DNA of 64,000 nt, taken from Octopus vulgaris (taxonomy: Eukaryota). Both the position numbers and the translations under genes were made by a program. Location of the stretch: the NCBI GenBank assembly GCA_951406725.2, contig OX597831.1, forward strand, positions 26,846,001 through 26,910,000, read 5' to 3'. Of this stretch, positions 13,940 through 27,250 are shown in pieces; position 1 is the stretch's first letter; each line of letters opens with the position of its first letter. The notes beneath the pieces are model-generated. The model had not been told where the DNA came from. It saw only the letters and a list, made by a program, of their open reading frames with translations, and made no database searches.

Positions 13940-13959
13940 ACATCATCATCATCATCATC

Positions 13960-14006
<47 letters not shown>

Positions 14007-14007
14007 G

Positions 14008-14045
<38 letters not shown>

Positions 14046-14091
14046 CATTATTACTATTATTATTATTACTATTATTATTATTATTATTATT
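13940..14091. repeat. (CAT)n/(TAT)n microsatellite forming the (TAA)n tail/target of the adjacent R4/Dong-like element
   Basis: Direct reading. Confidence 0.9.
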
Positions 14092-14665
14092 ATTTACTTT
14101 TAATCTGCATGTTTGTTACAATCACCTGCTGAGACATACCCAACGTCCTATGGCGAGTGAAGATAAGAGATGTTACAGTATAAGTGAAAGCTTGGGGAGG
14201 GGAAGTGGCAGGGGCAGCAGCGAAATATCTTCATGTAATACAACACAGACATTTAAACTGATAGTGTTTTTCTAAGGATGAGGGCAGCACTTGTAAACAC
14301 AATCTTTTGGATTTCTCTGAGACATGGTTCTCCTGAGATATTATCTAGATGTTTCTGATATCCCTTTCTTATCATGCCTGCGGCGCTCACAATAACAGGA
14401 ACAGTTCTCGCTTTAAGATGCCACATCTTTTATAATTCAATTTCCAGGTCCTTATATTTACTTAAATTGTCAAATATATTTTTATCGGTGGGAACACTTA
14501 CATCTCTTAGTCTTCAAGTATTTTTCCCTGCCTTTAATGACTAAGTCTGGTAATTTAGCCTGGAACGTTCTGTTGGTGCTGACTGGAAAATCCCAGAGGA
14601 TAGTGACATTTTTATCTTCAGCGACTGGAGCAATAAGCAGGAGTGCTGATTTTGTAGTGTTTGCA
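14092..14665 (-). mobile_element. R4/Dong-like non-LTR retrotransposon 3' end with restriction-like endonuclease domain, degraded
   Basis: Minus strand reads ILWDFPVSTNRTFQAKLPDLVIK..DVSVPTD..KYKDLEIEL*KMWHLK..VPVIV..GMI..IQKIV..ILRK (PD-D-K/KY RLE pattern). The 3' UTR ends in (TAA)n. Confidence 0.8.
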
Positions 14666-14679
14666 TACTATTATCGTCA

Positions 14680-15185
14680 TTGAGTGAGAGAGCAGCTCAT
14701 GCTTTCAAAGTGACACTGAGGTAAAATATACGAAGCCCAGTATACCCATCATGACTACCTGTTTGATAAGGGTACACTAGGCACATGCATCACAACCATA
14801 TGTGCACGATATGGGGATCTTATATCAAGATAAACAGCACATGACCTTGCAGGTGGGGTCCAGTTAGATTTCTCTTCAGGTCGAGTAGCCCATCCCGCTC
14901 AAAAGATGCCTGAATAAGGATTGTTTAAGGATGTTGAACGAAACACCCATGTTTCCAGAGGTGAATTATTCAAACCCCAAATAATTCCTCTCAACATATG
15001 GCTATGATGCTCCTCCACTACTTCTGCTCGTGATCAGAGATGCACACATCGTCAGTCACTAAGGGACATGCTCAACTGGTTATGGTCTAACAACTGACAA
15101 GAAAATCTGTGGTATTGAGCAGAATATTTGCTGAAACCCATCTTTCATACTAAGACAAAGCAATGTACATGATAACACATCCAAT
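14680..15185 (-). mobile_element. Unclassified (TAA)-tailed interspersed retro-repeat (type E)
   Basis: Homologous to 18660-18975 and 26176-26606. It ends ctctctcactcaa followed by an eroded (TAA)n tail. Confidence 0.7.
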
Positions 15186-15199
15186 TATTATCATTATTT

Positions 15200-16335
15200 A
15201 AGGCGGCGTGCCGGTAGAATCGTTAGCGCGATGAACGAGATGTTTAGCAGTATTTCGCCTGTCGCTACTTTCAGAGTTCAAATTCCGCCGAGGTCGACTT
15301 TGCCTTTCATCCTTTCGGGTCGATGAATTAACTACCAGTGTTACACTAGTGTCGATGTAATCGACTTGCCCCCCTCCTCCAACTTTCAGTCCTTGTGCCT
15401 ATAGTAGAAAAGATTATTTAAGGCTTCGAACTGGCAGAATCGTTAGCACTCCGGGCAAAATTCTTAGCGGTATTTTGTCTATCGCTACGTTCTGAGTTCA
15501 AATTCCGCCGAGGTCGACTTTGCCTTTTATTCTTTCGGGGCCAATTAAGTAAGTACCAGTTGAGTACTGGGGTCGATGTAATTGACTTAATCCCTTCCTC
15601 AGCATTTCAGACCTTGTCCCTACTGTCGAAAAAATTATCATTATATGCTGGGTGACGGAATCGTTAGCACGCCGGACAAAATGCTTAGCGACATTTCATC
15701 CGTCTTTACATTCTGACTTCAAATTCTGAAGAGGCCAACTTTGCTTTTCCTCTTCTCGGGGTTGATATAATGAATACCAGTCAAGTACTAGGAGCAATAA
15801 AATTGACTAAACCCACTCACCCAAAATTTCAGGCTTGTGAGCTGGCAGAATCGTTAGCACACCAGGCAAAATGCTTAGCGAAATTTCGTCTGTCACTATG
15901 TTCTGAGTTCAAATTCTGTCGAGGTCGACTTTGCTTTTCATCTTTTCGGGAGTCAATAAAATAAGTACCAGTTGAGAACTAGTGGCGGGGCGAAATGCGT
16001 AGCGGTATTTCGCCTGTCTTTACGTTCCGAGTTCAAATTCCGCCGAGGTCGACTTTGCCTTTCATCCTTTCGGGGTCGATAAATTAAGTACCAGTTACGC
16101 ACTGGGGTCGATGTAATCGACTTAATCTGTTTGTCTGTCCTTGTTTGTCCTCTCTGTGTTTAGCCCCTTGTGGGTAGTAAAGAAATAGATACTTCGTCTG
16201 CCGCTACGTTCTGATTTCAAATTCCGCCGAGATCGACTTTTCCTTTCATCCTTTCGGGGTCGATAAATTAAGTACCTGTTAAACGCTGGGGTCGGTGTGA
16301 TCGACTAGTCCCCACCCCCAAAATTTCAGGCCTTC
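15200..16335 (+). mobile_element. Head-to-tail chain of about 6 type B SINE units
   Basis: Units start near 15200, 15420, 15650, 15838, 15985 and 16190 and differ in divergence. Confidence 0.85.
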
Positions 16336-16619
16336 TGCTTTTACCTTGGTTTTTCTGCTACTTTTCTCTCAGCTATTCAAAATATTGAACACTGATCAAT
16401 AATTGTTTACCAGGTCAAAATTTTGATGATGAGAGAATAAAAATTCGTTTTCTATAATTAAGAATATCTCCTTTCCGTGATGTCATCAGTATCGATTTGA
16501 TAATAGCCTACATCGATTTGCGATTTCCTTATTGATTTTATTTATATCATCAAAGACACGGTATTCGCTTTTTTTAATTTTTTTTACACAGGTTAACAGG
16601 AATGATGCAATCCAGTCAA

Positions 16620-16897
16620 TGACAGACTCCACTTAAAAATCTCAGATTTCCTGACTAAACGGTTGACTTTCTGATCAGATTGAACGATTTGTGACTTGGT
16701 GGCAGACTTTCTCACGAAATTATAAACTTTCTCACTAAATAGCAAAATCTAAGAGTAAAATAGTGGGCGTTTTGATTTAACGGAAGATGTTCTGGCTCAG
16801 TGGCAGACATTTTAACTATATAGCAGGTTTCCCCGACTAATTGGCAAGGATTTTGACTAAATGAAAGAACTTTTGAGCAAAAGATAGAATTTCTGAT
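16620..16897 (+). repeat. Old degenerate 20-bp minisatellite (ggcagactttctgactaaat-like)
   Basis: ctgactaaac, ctgatcagat, gtgacttggt, ctcacgaaat and ctcactaaat recur at 20-bp spacing (16651-16731) and beyond. Confidence 0.6.
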
Positions 16898-17334
16898 ACC
16901 CTGAATAAGAAATATTAAATACTTTCAACATTACAATGGTACTTTTCCTTTCCTAGGGGACAGAATCTGGTCTCCATACCATTTATTTTATGCTTTTTTT
17001 TCTTTTACAAGAACCCCGCATTCCTTAATATTCCAAACGACGTGGATATATTTGTATAGAACCTATAGCGGTATTTTTGTGATTGTAGTTTTTGTTGTTG
17101 TTGCTTAACCTTAGTCCGAACTTTCTCCAGCATTCCTAATGGTCAAAAATACTCCAGCCACGTTTAATCCACCTTTATTTTAACTCATGGTATTTTGTAT
17201 TACATCATCCGAACTGTTCCCGTCTTTATGAAAAGCAAGAGTCTGTAATTGGAAGGGAACGGAGTTTAGTTGCTATTTCTAGGGGATCAAGTGACATCAG
17301 ACAGCCTCATTGGCTGGCTCTTGTATAGGATTAA

Positions 17335-17880
17335 TGGTAGTGGTGCACTGGTATTGTCGTGGTGATGGTTGTAGTAGAGGTAGTGATAGTAACAGTAGAA
17401 GTATTGGTGGTAGTATTTTCAGCAGAAGTGGTTGAGGTCTTGATGGTAACGGTTATAGTGGTGGTTGAGGTGATTATAGTGAAAGCGATGGTTGAAGTTG
17501 GGGGAACTCTGGTGGTGGTGATGGTGATGGTGGTTGCAGTTAAGACAGAGGAATGATTATAGATGCGGTAATTGTGGTGGTGGCAGAGGTTGTGGTAGTG
17601 ATAACGATTGCAGTGGTGATGGTTGTGGTAGCAGGTAGTTTTGGTGGTGGTGGTGGTGGTAGTGATAGTGATAACAATTGCAGTGGTGATGGTTGTGGTA
17701 GTAGGTAGATTTGGCGGTGGTGATGGTGGTGGTGGTGGTTGTAAGTAGTGATAGTGATAGTGTGATTATGCAACTGGTGGTGGTGGTGGCGGCGGTGGTG
17801 GTAGTGCCGGTGGTGGGGTGGGGGTAGTTAACGAGGATGTTATGTTGGCCGGGTGGCTGTGGTAGTGTTGGTGGAGGTAG
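17335..17880. repeat. (GGT/GAT/AGT)-rich low-complexity trinucleotide tract
   Basis: Direct reading. Confidence 0.85.
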
Positions 17881-18524
17881 TTGTGTGTATATGCATGTGT
17901 AAGTATGTGTGTGTGTGTCTGTGTATGCGTAGATGTATGTGTAGGCGTGTGTATATGAGTAGGTGTAAGCGAGTGTATGTACAAGTCTGCGTGTAAGTCT
18001 GTGTGCGTGTGTGTATATATGTGTATAATTGTGTGTGAGTGTGTGTGTGTACCTGTATGTATGTGTGTGTAAGAGTGTGTGTCGGGGTGGGGGGTGCATG
18101 TGTGTTGTCATTAAATCTCTGAGTTATGGCTGCTCTTTCAGATCGTTACCTACTTCCGGTCTTGAAACATCCTCGGATCTAACATTGACCATAATGACCG
18201 GAAACAGATGTTGGCCACGTTCTACAAACCTCCACCCGATACAAAGCACCCCTCCTCCCCCTCTACCTCATCCTTCTTCTTGCTCACATTCACCGCTGCA
18301 TCCTCCGTTCAATGCCAGCACTACCACCGTCGCCATCACCACTTCAACCAAGATCAACAGCAACGAACCACCCCCTCCAACACCACCCATCACCACACCT
18401 CCCACTTCACCCATTTCTCTATAAACACCCTATACCAATGTCCTCCTCCCTCACCGTACTTTCTCTCACCGTTCGCGATCTGTGACCTTCTCCTTCTTCT
18501 CCTCCTCCTCCTCCTCATCCTCTT

Positions 18525-18620
18525 CTTCTCCTCCTCCTTCTTCTTCTCCTCCTTCTTCTTCTCCTCCTTCTTCTTCTCCTCCTTCTTCTTCTCCTCCTTC
18601 TTCTTCTCCTCCTCCTTCTT
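18525..18620. repeat. 15-bp repeat ttcttcttctcctcc
   Basis: About 6 copies. This repeat produces the KKKEE ORF. Confidence 0.9.
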
Positions 18621-18659
18621 CATCAGCATCATTATCATATTATTAAGAGAGAGAGTGAG

Positions 18660-18975
18660 AGTGAGAGAGAAAGAGCAACTCATGCCATCCCTGAATAAGG
18701 GTTGTTTTAGGATGTTGAACAAATCACCCGTTTCCAGAGGTGAGTTATTCAAACCCCAAAGAATCCCTCTCAACACAGGGCTATGATGCTCCCCAAATAC
18801 TCATGCTAGTGGACAGAGATGCATATCACGTCAGTCACTAAGGGACATGGTCAACTGGTTATGGTCACGTAACTGGTAAACAAGTCTGTGGTATTGAACT
18901 AAATATTTGTTGTAATCCATCTTTTACACGAAGAAGAAACATGTTCAAGTTAACACTTCCAATCAGTTAAGATTA
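18660..18975 (-). mobile_element. Type E repeat, internally deleted
   Basis: Jumps from catgccatc directly to cctgaataagg relative to 14680-15185. Confidence 0.7.
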
Positions 18976-19139
18976 GGCGAAAGAGTGGCTGTGTGGTAAG
19001 TAGCTTGCTTTCCAACCACATGGTTCCGGGTTCGGTCCACTGCGTGGCACCTTGGGCAAGTGTCTTCTACTATAGCCACGGGCCGACCAAAACCTTGTGA
19101 GTGGATTTGGTAGACAGAAACTGAAAGAAACCCGTCGTG

Positions 19140-19195
<56 letters not shown>

Positions 19196-19408
19196 TGTGT
19201 GTATGTTTGTGTGTCTGTGTTTGTCCCCCCAACATCGCTTGACAACCGATGCTGTTGTGTTTACGTCCCCATAACTTAGCGGTTCGGCAAAAGCGACTGA
19301 TGGAATAAGTACTATGTTTACAAAGAATAAGTCCTGGGGTCGATTTGCTCGACTAAAGGCGGTGCTCCAGCATGGCCACAGTCAAATGATTGAAACAAGT
19401 AAAAGAGT
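18975..19408 (+). mobile_element. Full-length type A SINE
   Basis: A/B-box head, central (TA)/(TG) microsatellite and LINE-like tail. Confidence 0.9.
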
Positions 19409-19459
19409 ATTAGTAGTCAGAAGAACCAGGAATTTATTATTATTTGATGAAATCTCTCC

Positions 19460-19820
19460 GCTTATATTCCGCCGAGGTTCACTTTGCCTTTCGTCGTTTC
19501 GGGGTCGATAAAATATGTACCAGTTAAATACTGGGGTCGATGTAATCGGCTATCTCCCTTCCCTAAATTTCAGGTCGTGTACTAATAACATAAAGGATTA
19601 TTTAAAGGCGGTGAGGTGGCAGAATCGTTAGCACGCCGGGCAAAATGCTTAGTGGCATTTGGTCAGTGTTTACGTTCTGAGTTCAAACTCAGCCGAGGTT
19701 GACTTTGCCGTTCATCCTTTCGGGGTCAATAAAATAAATACCAGTTGAGTACTAGGGTCAATAGAGTCGACTAGCCCCCTCTCACATAATTTCAGGCCTT
19801 GTACCTGTATCCGAAAGGAT
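19460..19820 (+). mobile_element. Two type B SINE units
   Basis: Homology to the type B consensus. Confidence 0.8.
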
Positions 19821-19835
19821 TTTATTTACATTGTA

Positions 19836-20400
19836 TTGGGTTGACCGGAAAGTTCGTACCGATTTTTAAAGGAAAGAAAAAGGTCAATAAATACTTGCCA
19901 TTTCATTTTTGATCAACCAAATATGAACCATTTTGTTCCACAATGCGTCTCCATTTTTCCTTTAACTTGAAAATACCCTCTTCCCAGAATTGAGGTGGTT
20001 TCATGGCAAAGAATTCATCAAGGTATCTTTTTACGTTATCCAAGGAACTGAAATTTTTACCATTAAGACTATTCTGCAGAGACCTGAATAAGTGGAAATC
20101 CGAAGGAGCAATATCTGGTGAATATGGAGGGTGGGGGTAACATCCCAGCCGAGCTGCAGCAATTTTTGTCTGGTTCCCAAAGCATCAAGTGCCGAAAATG
20201 AACTTTCTTATCATCCATTTTAAAGGGTTACAGAATTAACACAGGTTATAGGAGCATAAACCTTCTTCCACGAAAAGATAGCTTAAACTGTGCTCTAAAT
20301 GGAGGTGTAGTCAAATCCTATTTTCTGGACTCAACCATGTTCTAAAATAAGTCGAAAGGTAAGCTACTATAGATCGGCACGAACTTTCCGGACAACCTAA
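19836..20400 (-). mobile_element. Internally deleted mariner element with about 28-bp TIRs and TA TSD
   Basis: TA|ttgggttgaccggaaagttcgtaccgat...atcggcacgaactttccggacaacctaa|TA. The ATG at 20218 gives MDDKKVHFRHLML, joined to LGTRQKLLQLGW..PHPPYSPDIAPSDFHLFRSLQ..FFAMKPPQFWEEGIFKLKEKW..NGSYLVDQK* (stop 19903-19905). Confidence 0.95.
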
Positions 20401-20709
20401 TATTATATTAGATAATATTATATTAGATTAGATCAAATCCACTAAAAGATATTATAGATACAAAGTCATAAATTATATATAGATCACATGGGTAAATCTG
20501 TCATTTACGGGTGTAGTATATATGAACATTTAACGAGGTTTTTCTTTACATTGAAACAACAACAGGGTGTGACAGTGTATGGAGAAGTTTTATTGTCCGT
20601 GAAAACAAAACACTTGAATTTAGAAAAACACACAAACATGCGAACACTCACACGAACACAACACACACATACATACATGCATGCCTACATACATACATAC
20701 ATACATACA

Positions 20710-20741
<32 letters not shown>

Positions 20742-20886
20742 CACACAGAACATTCGTACACGAACCCGCACACAAACCCATATAAGCATTCCCATACGTG
20801 TGTGTGTGTGTGTATACATACATGCACCCCCCATATATATATATAGGTATATAGATAGGCACATAGATAAGCTCGCACAGATACAT

Positions 20887-20991
<105 letters not shown>

Positions 20992-21042
20992 TAGATAGAC
21001 AGATACATACATACATACATACATACAAACGCACACACACAC

Positions 21043-21108
<66 letters not shown>

Positions 21109-21329
21109 CACAAAGAGATATATTCTTTATAATTAAATCAGCCGTATTGTACTTCGCTTCGCACACACACACACATACACATATATATATATATGTATGT
21201 GTATATACATACATATATATAAATATATGTACATGTAAATATATATTATTGTGAGAGAGGGGGAACAGACAGAAACCGACTGACAGACAGACAAGACAGT
21301 CAGACAGTCATGCAGATAGGTAGACTGAC

Positions 21330-21685
<356 letters not shown>

Positions 21686-21906
21686 TAAACATTTATACAT
21701 ACATACATACATACATACATAGACAGACATGCATCCGGTTATTAAGAGTTAAATTGCCAATTGCTGTTTTTACTGTCTTTTCATCATCTCCCACTCCACC
21801 CCTCTCTCACTTTCCACCCGCTTCTCACCCTTTTTTCCTAAACCCCTTCTCCACATTCCATTAAGCTTACAGAATATGCTTTTTCCCACTGATGTGCATG
21901 TAATAT

Positions 21907-21958
<52 letters not shown>

Positions 21959-22150
21959 GGGTGTGTGTGTGTGTATGTATATGTGCATGTATGTATGTAT
22001 TTATGTATGTATGTGTGTATGGATGTAATTGTATGTGTAAATGAATGTATGTAAATATGTATATATGTGTGTGATATGTTTCTCTGTACGTATATATGTA
22101 TGTATGTATGTATGTATGTTTGTATGTATGTATGTATGTATGTATGTTTG

Positions 22151-22183
<33 letters not shown>

Positions 22184-22544
22184 GTGTGTGCATGTATGTA
22201 TGCATGCAATTATATGTATATATTAATGTACGTAGATATATGTGCGCGTGTATTCATAGTATTGTTATGTATGTATGTATACATATGCGTTCACACACAT
22301 AAACAATACACACACATACACGCACAGGCGCGCGCGTATACGCATGTTTGTACGCCTGTATATTTTCTTAGCATATATCTTCTCCATTTCTCACCATTTG
22401 TAGCAAAAAAAAAAAAAAAAAAAGCTGGTTTCTGAACAAAAGTCAAGAATCTTTTGTTTGTACTTTAGACTACATCAACCGCCTGTACAATGCTTGTGTG
22501 CATAAATGTACATACATATGTATGTATTTCTGTATCTATGTATA

Positions 22545-22592
<48 letters not shown>

Positions 22593-22610
22593 TATATATA
22601 TATATACATA

Positions 22611-23220
22611 TTTCTTTTTTTTTTATCTAGTTTCAGCTCACGAGCTGTGGCCATGCTGGGGCACCGCCATTTGGTGTTGCTACATGATTTTACTTCACGA
22701 ATGCTTTTTAGCAATTGCCATTTGGTGCATGAGAGAGTTCGATGCAGCTGCCCTCATCTGCACCTCCTGCCGTGAAGTTGGTTCATCTGGGACACATGAC
22801 AAGAAGAGATCCAGTTTTATTTTAAAGACATCTGCATCCACTCCATGCAGGTCTCTCAGGTTCTGCGGGAGGATATTGAAGAGCTGTGGGCCTCTGAAGC
22901 CCAGGCTATCACAGTATCTCGTCCTACATCTTGATGGCAAATTTGGAGTCCTTGGCACTATGCAGTGGCGCCCACTTCTGGCATTTGTGTAACTCTCGAT
23001 GCCAAAGTTTGGGACAAGTCCTTCTAGGATCTTCCAGATGTATATTATGGCATATCTTTCTCGCCTAGGCCCTAAGGAATAGAGTCTCAATCTCTTGAGT
23101 CTTTCCCAGTAGCTTATATGCTGCACAGAGGCTATCTTCTTCGTGTAGCTTCGTTGGATCGCCTCAAGTTCTGTGATGGTGACCATAGCTGAGAGCAATA
23201 GTCAAAGTGGTTAGGACAAG
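22611..23220 (-). mobile_element. 5'-truncated CR1-like LINE (ORF2 C-terminus plus 3' UTR)
   Basis: Reads DYCSQLWSP, a frameshift, then [51 protein letters not shown]. The 3' UTR ends ggcggtgccccagcatggccacagctcgtgagctgaaac plus an A-rich tail. Confidence 0.9.
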
Positions 23221-23285
23221 TGTATACATATATATACATATATATATACATATATATACACATATATATATACATATGTATATAC

Positions 23286-23458
<173 letters not shown>

Positions 23459-23793
23459 AAGTGGCCAGCATGCAAATAAAAACCTTCAAAGGTAATAATT
23501 ATTATTAAAATTATAATTGAGGGTATCTACGAGATACCGCCATGCTGAAAATAGCAGCCAAGATCTGACTCTAAAACCACATTAAATGTTCATATATATA
23601 TATATGTATATTTAAAGAGCTAAAACCACTAGGTGGTCAGCCGTATGCTAGAAGTAGATCACCTACGATCAAACTACAAAAAAAAGAATGTTCTCTAGAG
23701 GAAAATTCAGAGGAACACCAGAACAATATGCGGACAAGACAGATGAAAATTATATAAAAACATATATATATAATTTATATATATATATATGTA

Positions 23794-23864
<71 letters not shown>

Positions 23865-23893
23865 TTTATTAATGAAGCTGCAAAGACATCACA

Positions 23894-23939
23894 AAAACTG
23901 TTACTCAGAGTCTCACGTTCCCGTTCATCGGACAGTTTT
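23894..23939 (-). ncRNA. Hammerhead-like motif with mutated core, in Penelope-type repeat
   Basis: Minus strand: AAAACUGU-CCGAUGA-ACG ggaa CGU-GAGA-CUCUGAGUA-ACAGUUUU. Stem I is a perfect 8 bp. Confidence 0.6.
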
Positions 23940-24138
23940 GGTTGAGAATGGAACAAAAATAAGGTTATATGTATAACTATGCAATTACATTGATAGACAC
24001 ACGTTTGAAATTGGTTTTGTTCCACTAGTCCTTTCAATCAACAGTCTTTTCAATAACCGGTATTATGAAATTAAAAAAACGATTTAAAATCATATGATTC
24101 AAATCGTTCAAAGCTGACTCTTATACAAATGGGAACTT

Positions 24139-24518
24139 TTATTACCTTCGCCTTTGCAACGGCAGAGGTATTGTTTTCTTTCGTGTTTGTTTGTTTGTCC
24201 ATGGACAAGATATCACAAGAACCGCTCGATGGATTCGGATGAAAATTTCAGGAATGTTTGGCCTCGTGACTGGCACGAAATGATTAAATTTTTGGATTGA
24301 TCCAATACCGGACAAGGATTCTGGATTATTTTTCCGTTTTTTGTTTTTTTTTGTTTTTATACCTAATTTTTGAGAGTGGTCGGGTTCATTTTTAGTATTC
24401 TCGTTTGAGAGCAGTCGTGTTTATTTCAGATATTCTCATTTTAAAAATCATCTCCGGCTAATCGATAAAAGGACGGTGTTGCCTTGGCAGAGGTTTGCGC
24501 TCTCTGAGTGCTCTTGTT
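24139..24518 (+). mobile_element. Non-autonomous Helentron-associated (HINE/DINE-1-like) element
   Basis: 5' ttattaccttcgcc with a nearby partial IR ggcagaggta, a (gttt)n core, 3' subTIR ggcagaggt and terminal hairpin gcgctc-tct-gagtgc. Flanks are T-rich. Confidence 0.65.
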
Positions 24519-24640
24519 TTATTTCATAGTGATGAATATTTTCGTTTCGAAAATTAGTATTGCATGTCTGTCTCTTAAACTATGGTTAGTTTTTTTGCTT
24601 ATAATTTTAAGGGCATATATAGGTTATTTATCAATAATGT

Positions 24641-25060
24641 CTTTTACTCTTTTATTTGTTTCAGTATTTTGACTGCGGCCATGCTGGAGCACCGCCTTTA
24701 GTCGAGAAAATCGACCCAAGGGCTTATTCTTTGTAAGCCTAGTACTTATTCTATCGGTCTCTTTTGCCGAACCTCTAAGTTACGGGGACGTAAACACACC
24801 AACATCGGTTGTCAAGCGATGTTGGATGGACAAACACCGACACACAAAAATATACACACACGTACATATACATATATATATATATATACATATATACGAC
24901 GGGCTTCTTTCAGTTTCCGTCTACCAAATCCACTCACAAAGCTTTGGTCGGCCCGAGGCTATAGTAGAAGACGCTTGCGCAAGGTGCCACCCAGTGGGAC
25001 TGAACCCGGAACCATGTGGTTGGTAAGCAAGCTACTTACCACACAGCCACTCCTGTGCCT
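24641..25060 (-). mobile_element. Full-length type A SINE
   Basis: Homology to the other type A copies. Confidence 0.9.
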
Positions 25061-25239
25061 ATAATTATAATATAATTATAAATCAAAATGTAATTATGAT
25101 TTTATAACGTACACTGATCGATCGGCTGTCACATGTACAGGAGACGTGGGTCGTGTTCCACTGGCAGCCTTCAACTTTTTCTATCGAAAGGGGTTTTTTC
25201 ACCCCAATATTTACACGCCATTAATTATAGTTTTATACA

Positions 25240-25448
25240 AGATGGCGAGCTACCAGAACCGTTAGACCGCCGGACAAAAAAAGCTATGGGCATTTCGTCC
25301 ATTTTTACGTTCTGAGTTCCGCCGAGGTCAACTTTACCTTGCATCCTTTCAAGGTAGATAAAATAAGTACCAGACGAGCACTGGGGTCGAGGTAATCGAC
25401 TAGCCACCCCCCTCAAAATTTCAAGCCTTGTACCTGAAGAAAGGGTTA
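25240..25448 (+). mobile_element. Type B SINE, diverged
   Basis: Homology to the type B consensus. Confidence 0.75.
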
Positions 25449-26097
25449 TTTATAGAGTCATACATGCTTCGAGATTTGTAGTCCCATAATAGAACGTTCT
25501 CGAAGTTTCTAAAGTGTTACGATATCAAGCATATACATAGTTGAATAAAATTCGGTTGTAAACCTTGTAGAATGCCATGCAAAGCTCGTCCGCAGTTATT
25601 GGTTACCTGATGTCATCATACAGTGGAAATGTTCCTACTGCTGGACATACACCAGGGATTCCATAGTATTCGTAGAATTTATGCATTTAAATATATGAGA
25701 AAAAAATGGAACGAGCGATATTCTTTATATAAAATCACTTCACTACAATTGTTTCGACACATTTTTACGCTTGTAGTACATTGATGAGATGTTGTTGTGT
25801 AATCATTATCATCCATCCAAAGTGTAAAATGTTCCTCCTCAGGTGAGTGTTTACAGAAGTCTGTTAGATCCTGCTGCCATTTCACTCAGAGTGAGGATGC
25901 ATCCCCCAAAGTAATGAGTCGTTAAATTTTGAGAGCTATCATCTCGTTAGCACTTCATGTAAGAACCAAGTTAGCGTAGTGTTCAGTTACCTGGCAAAAA
26001 AGAAAAATCAGTTGAACTACAACAGATTATAAAGGGGAGCACCTCGCAAATCCAAAGTACTGTCCAAAATGCATGAAAAATGCTTCACAAAGTGTAA

Positions 26098-26175
<78 letters not shown>

Positions 26176-26177
<2 letters not shown>

Positions 26178-26620
26178 AGATTTGCTTGTCAGTTGTTTGA
26201 CCTTAACCAGTTGAGCATGTCCCTTAGTGGCTGACGATATGTGCATCTCTGATCACGAGCAGAAGTAGTGGGGGAGCATTATAGCCATGTGTTGAGAGGG
26301 ATTCCTTGGGGTTTGAATAATTCACCTCTGGAAACATGGGTGGTTCTTTCAACATCCTTAAACAACCCTTATTCAGGGACCTTTTGAGCGGGATGGGCTA
26401 CTCAACCTGAAGAAAATTCTAACTGGGCCCCACCTGCAAGGTCATGCGCTGTTTATCTTGATATGAGATCACCATGTCGCGCACATATGGTTGTGATGCA
26501 TGTGCCTGGTGTACCCTTATCATACGGGTAGTCATGATGGGTATATTGGGCTTCGTATATTTTACCCCAGTGTCACTTTGATGGCATGAACTGCTCTCTC
26601 ACTCAATAATAATAATAATA
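26176..26620 (+). mobile_element. 5'-truncated type E repeat embedded in (AAT)n
   Basis: (AAT)n lies at 26098-26175 upstream, and the copy ends ctctctcactcaataataat downstream. Confidence 0.75.
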
Positions 26621-26676
26621 ATTAAAATGCGGGAAAGACAAATTCAATTTGATAGTTTGAAAACACTTATGGTCAG

Positions 26677-26781
26677 TTAACTCTTGGGCATTTAAAATAT
26701 ATCCTTATAACATTTCAAATACTTGGCCCTTAAGACAGAATATTTGGGCCGGATATGGCCAGATTAAATGCTAAAGAGTTA
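26677..26781. mobile_element. Short MITE relic with TTAA-type ends
   Basis: ttaactcttgggcatttaa ... ttaaatgctaaagagtta form imperfect TIRs. Confidence 0.45.
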
Positions 26782-27117
26782 GAAGTTAGCCCATGGATGA
26801 TTATATGCGTATTGTCTGCCTGAATATAGTCAGCACGCCTACGAAGTGTTATCTATATATATTAATCTATATGTCGATTGTTTCAAATAATGATGACCGA
26901 CAAAATAAACAAACAATAGTAATATTCATTTTATTTTATTATTGCGTAGATTACAAATAGGTTTATTGATCGATGGTCTTAATAACGGTGGAAGTAAAGT
27001 CGATTTTATTAAGTTCGAGTTTACTGGGACATGTTTTTCAACCTGGTTGAGTAAGCTGTTAGCTGTAATTTGAAGATCCCGACCACCCTGACTTAAAAGT
27101 ACACCTTCCTACATATA

Positions 27118-27167
<50 letters not shown>

Positions 27168-27181
27168 AATGTGTGCGTGTG

Positions 27182-27250
<69 letters not shown>

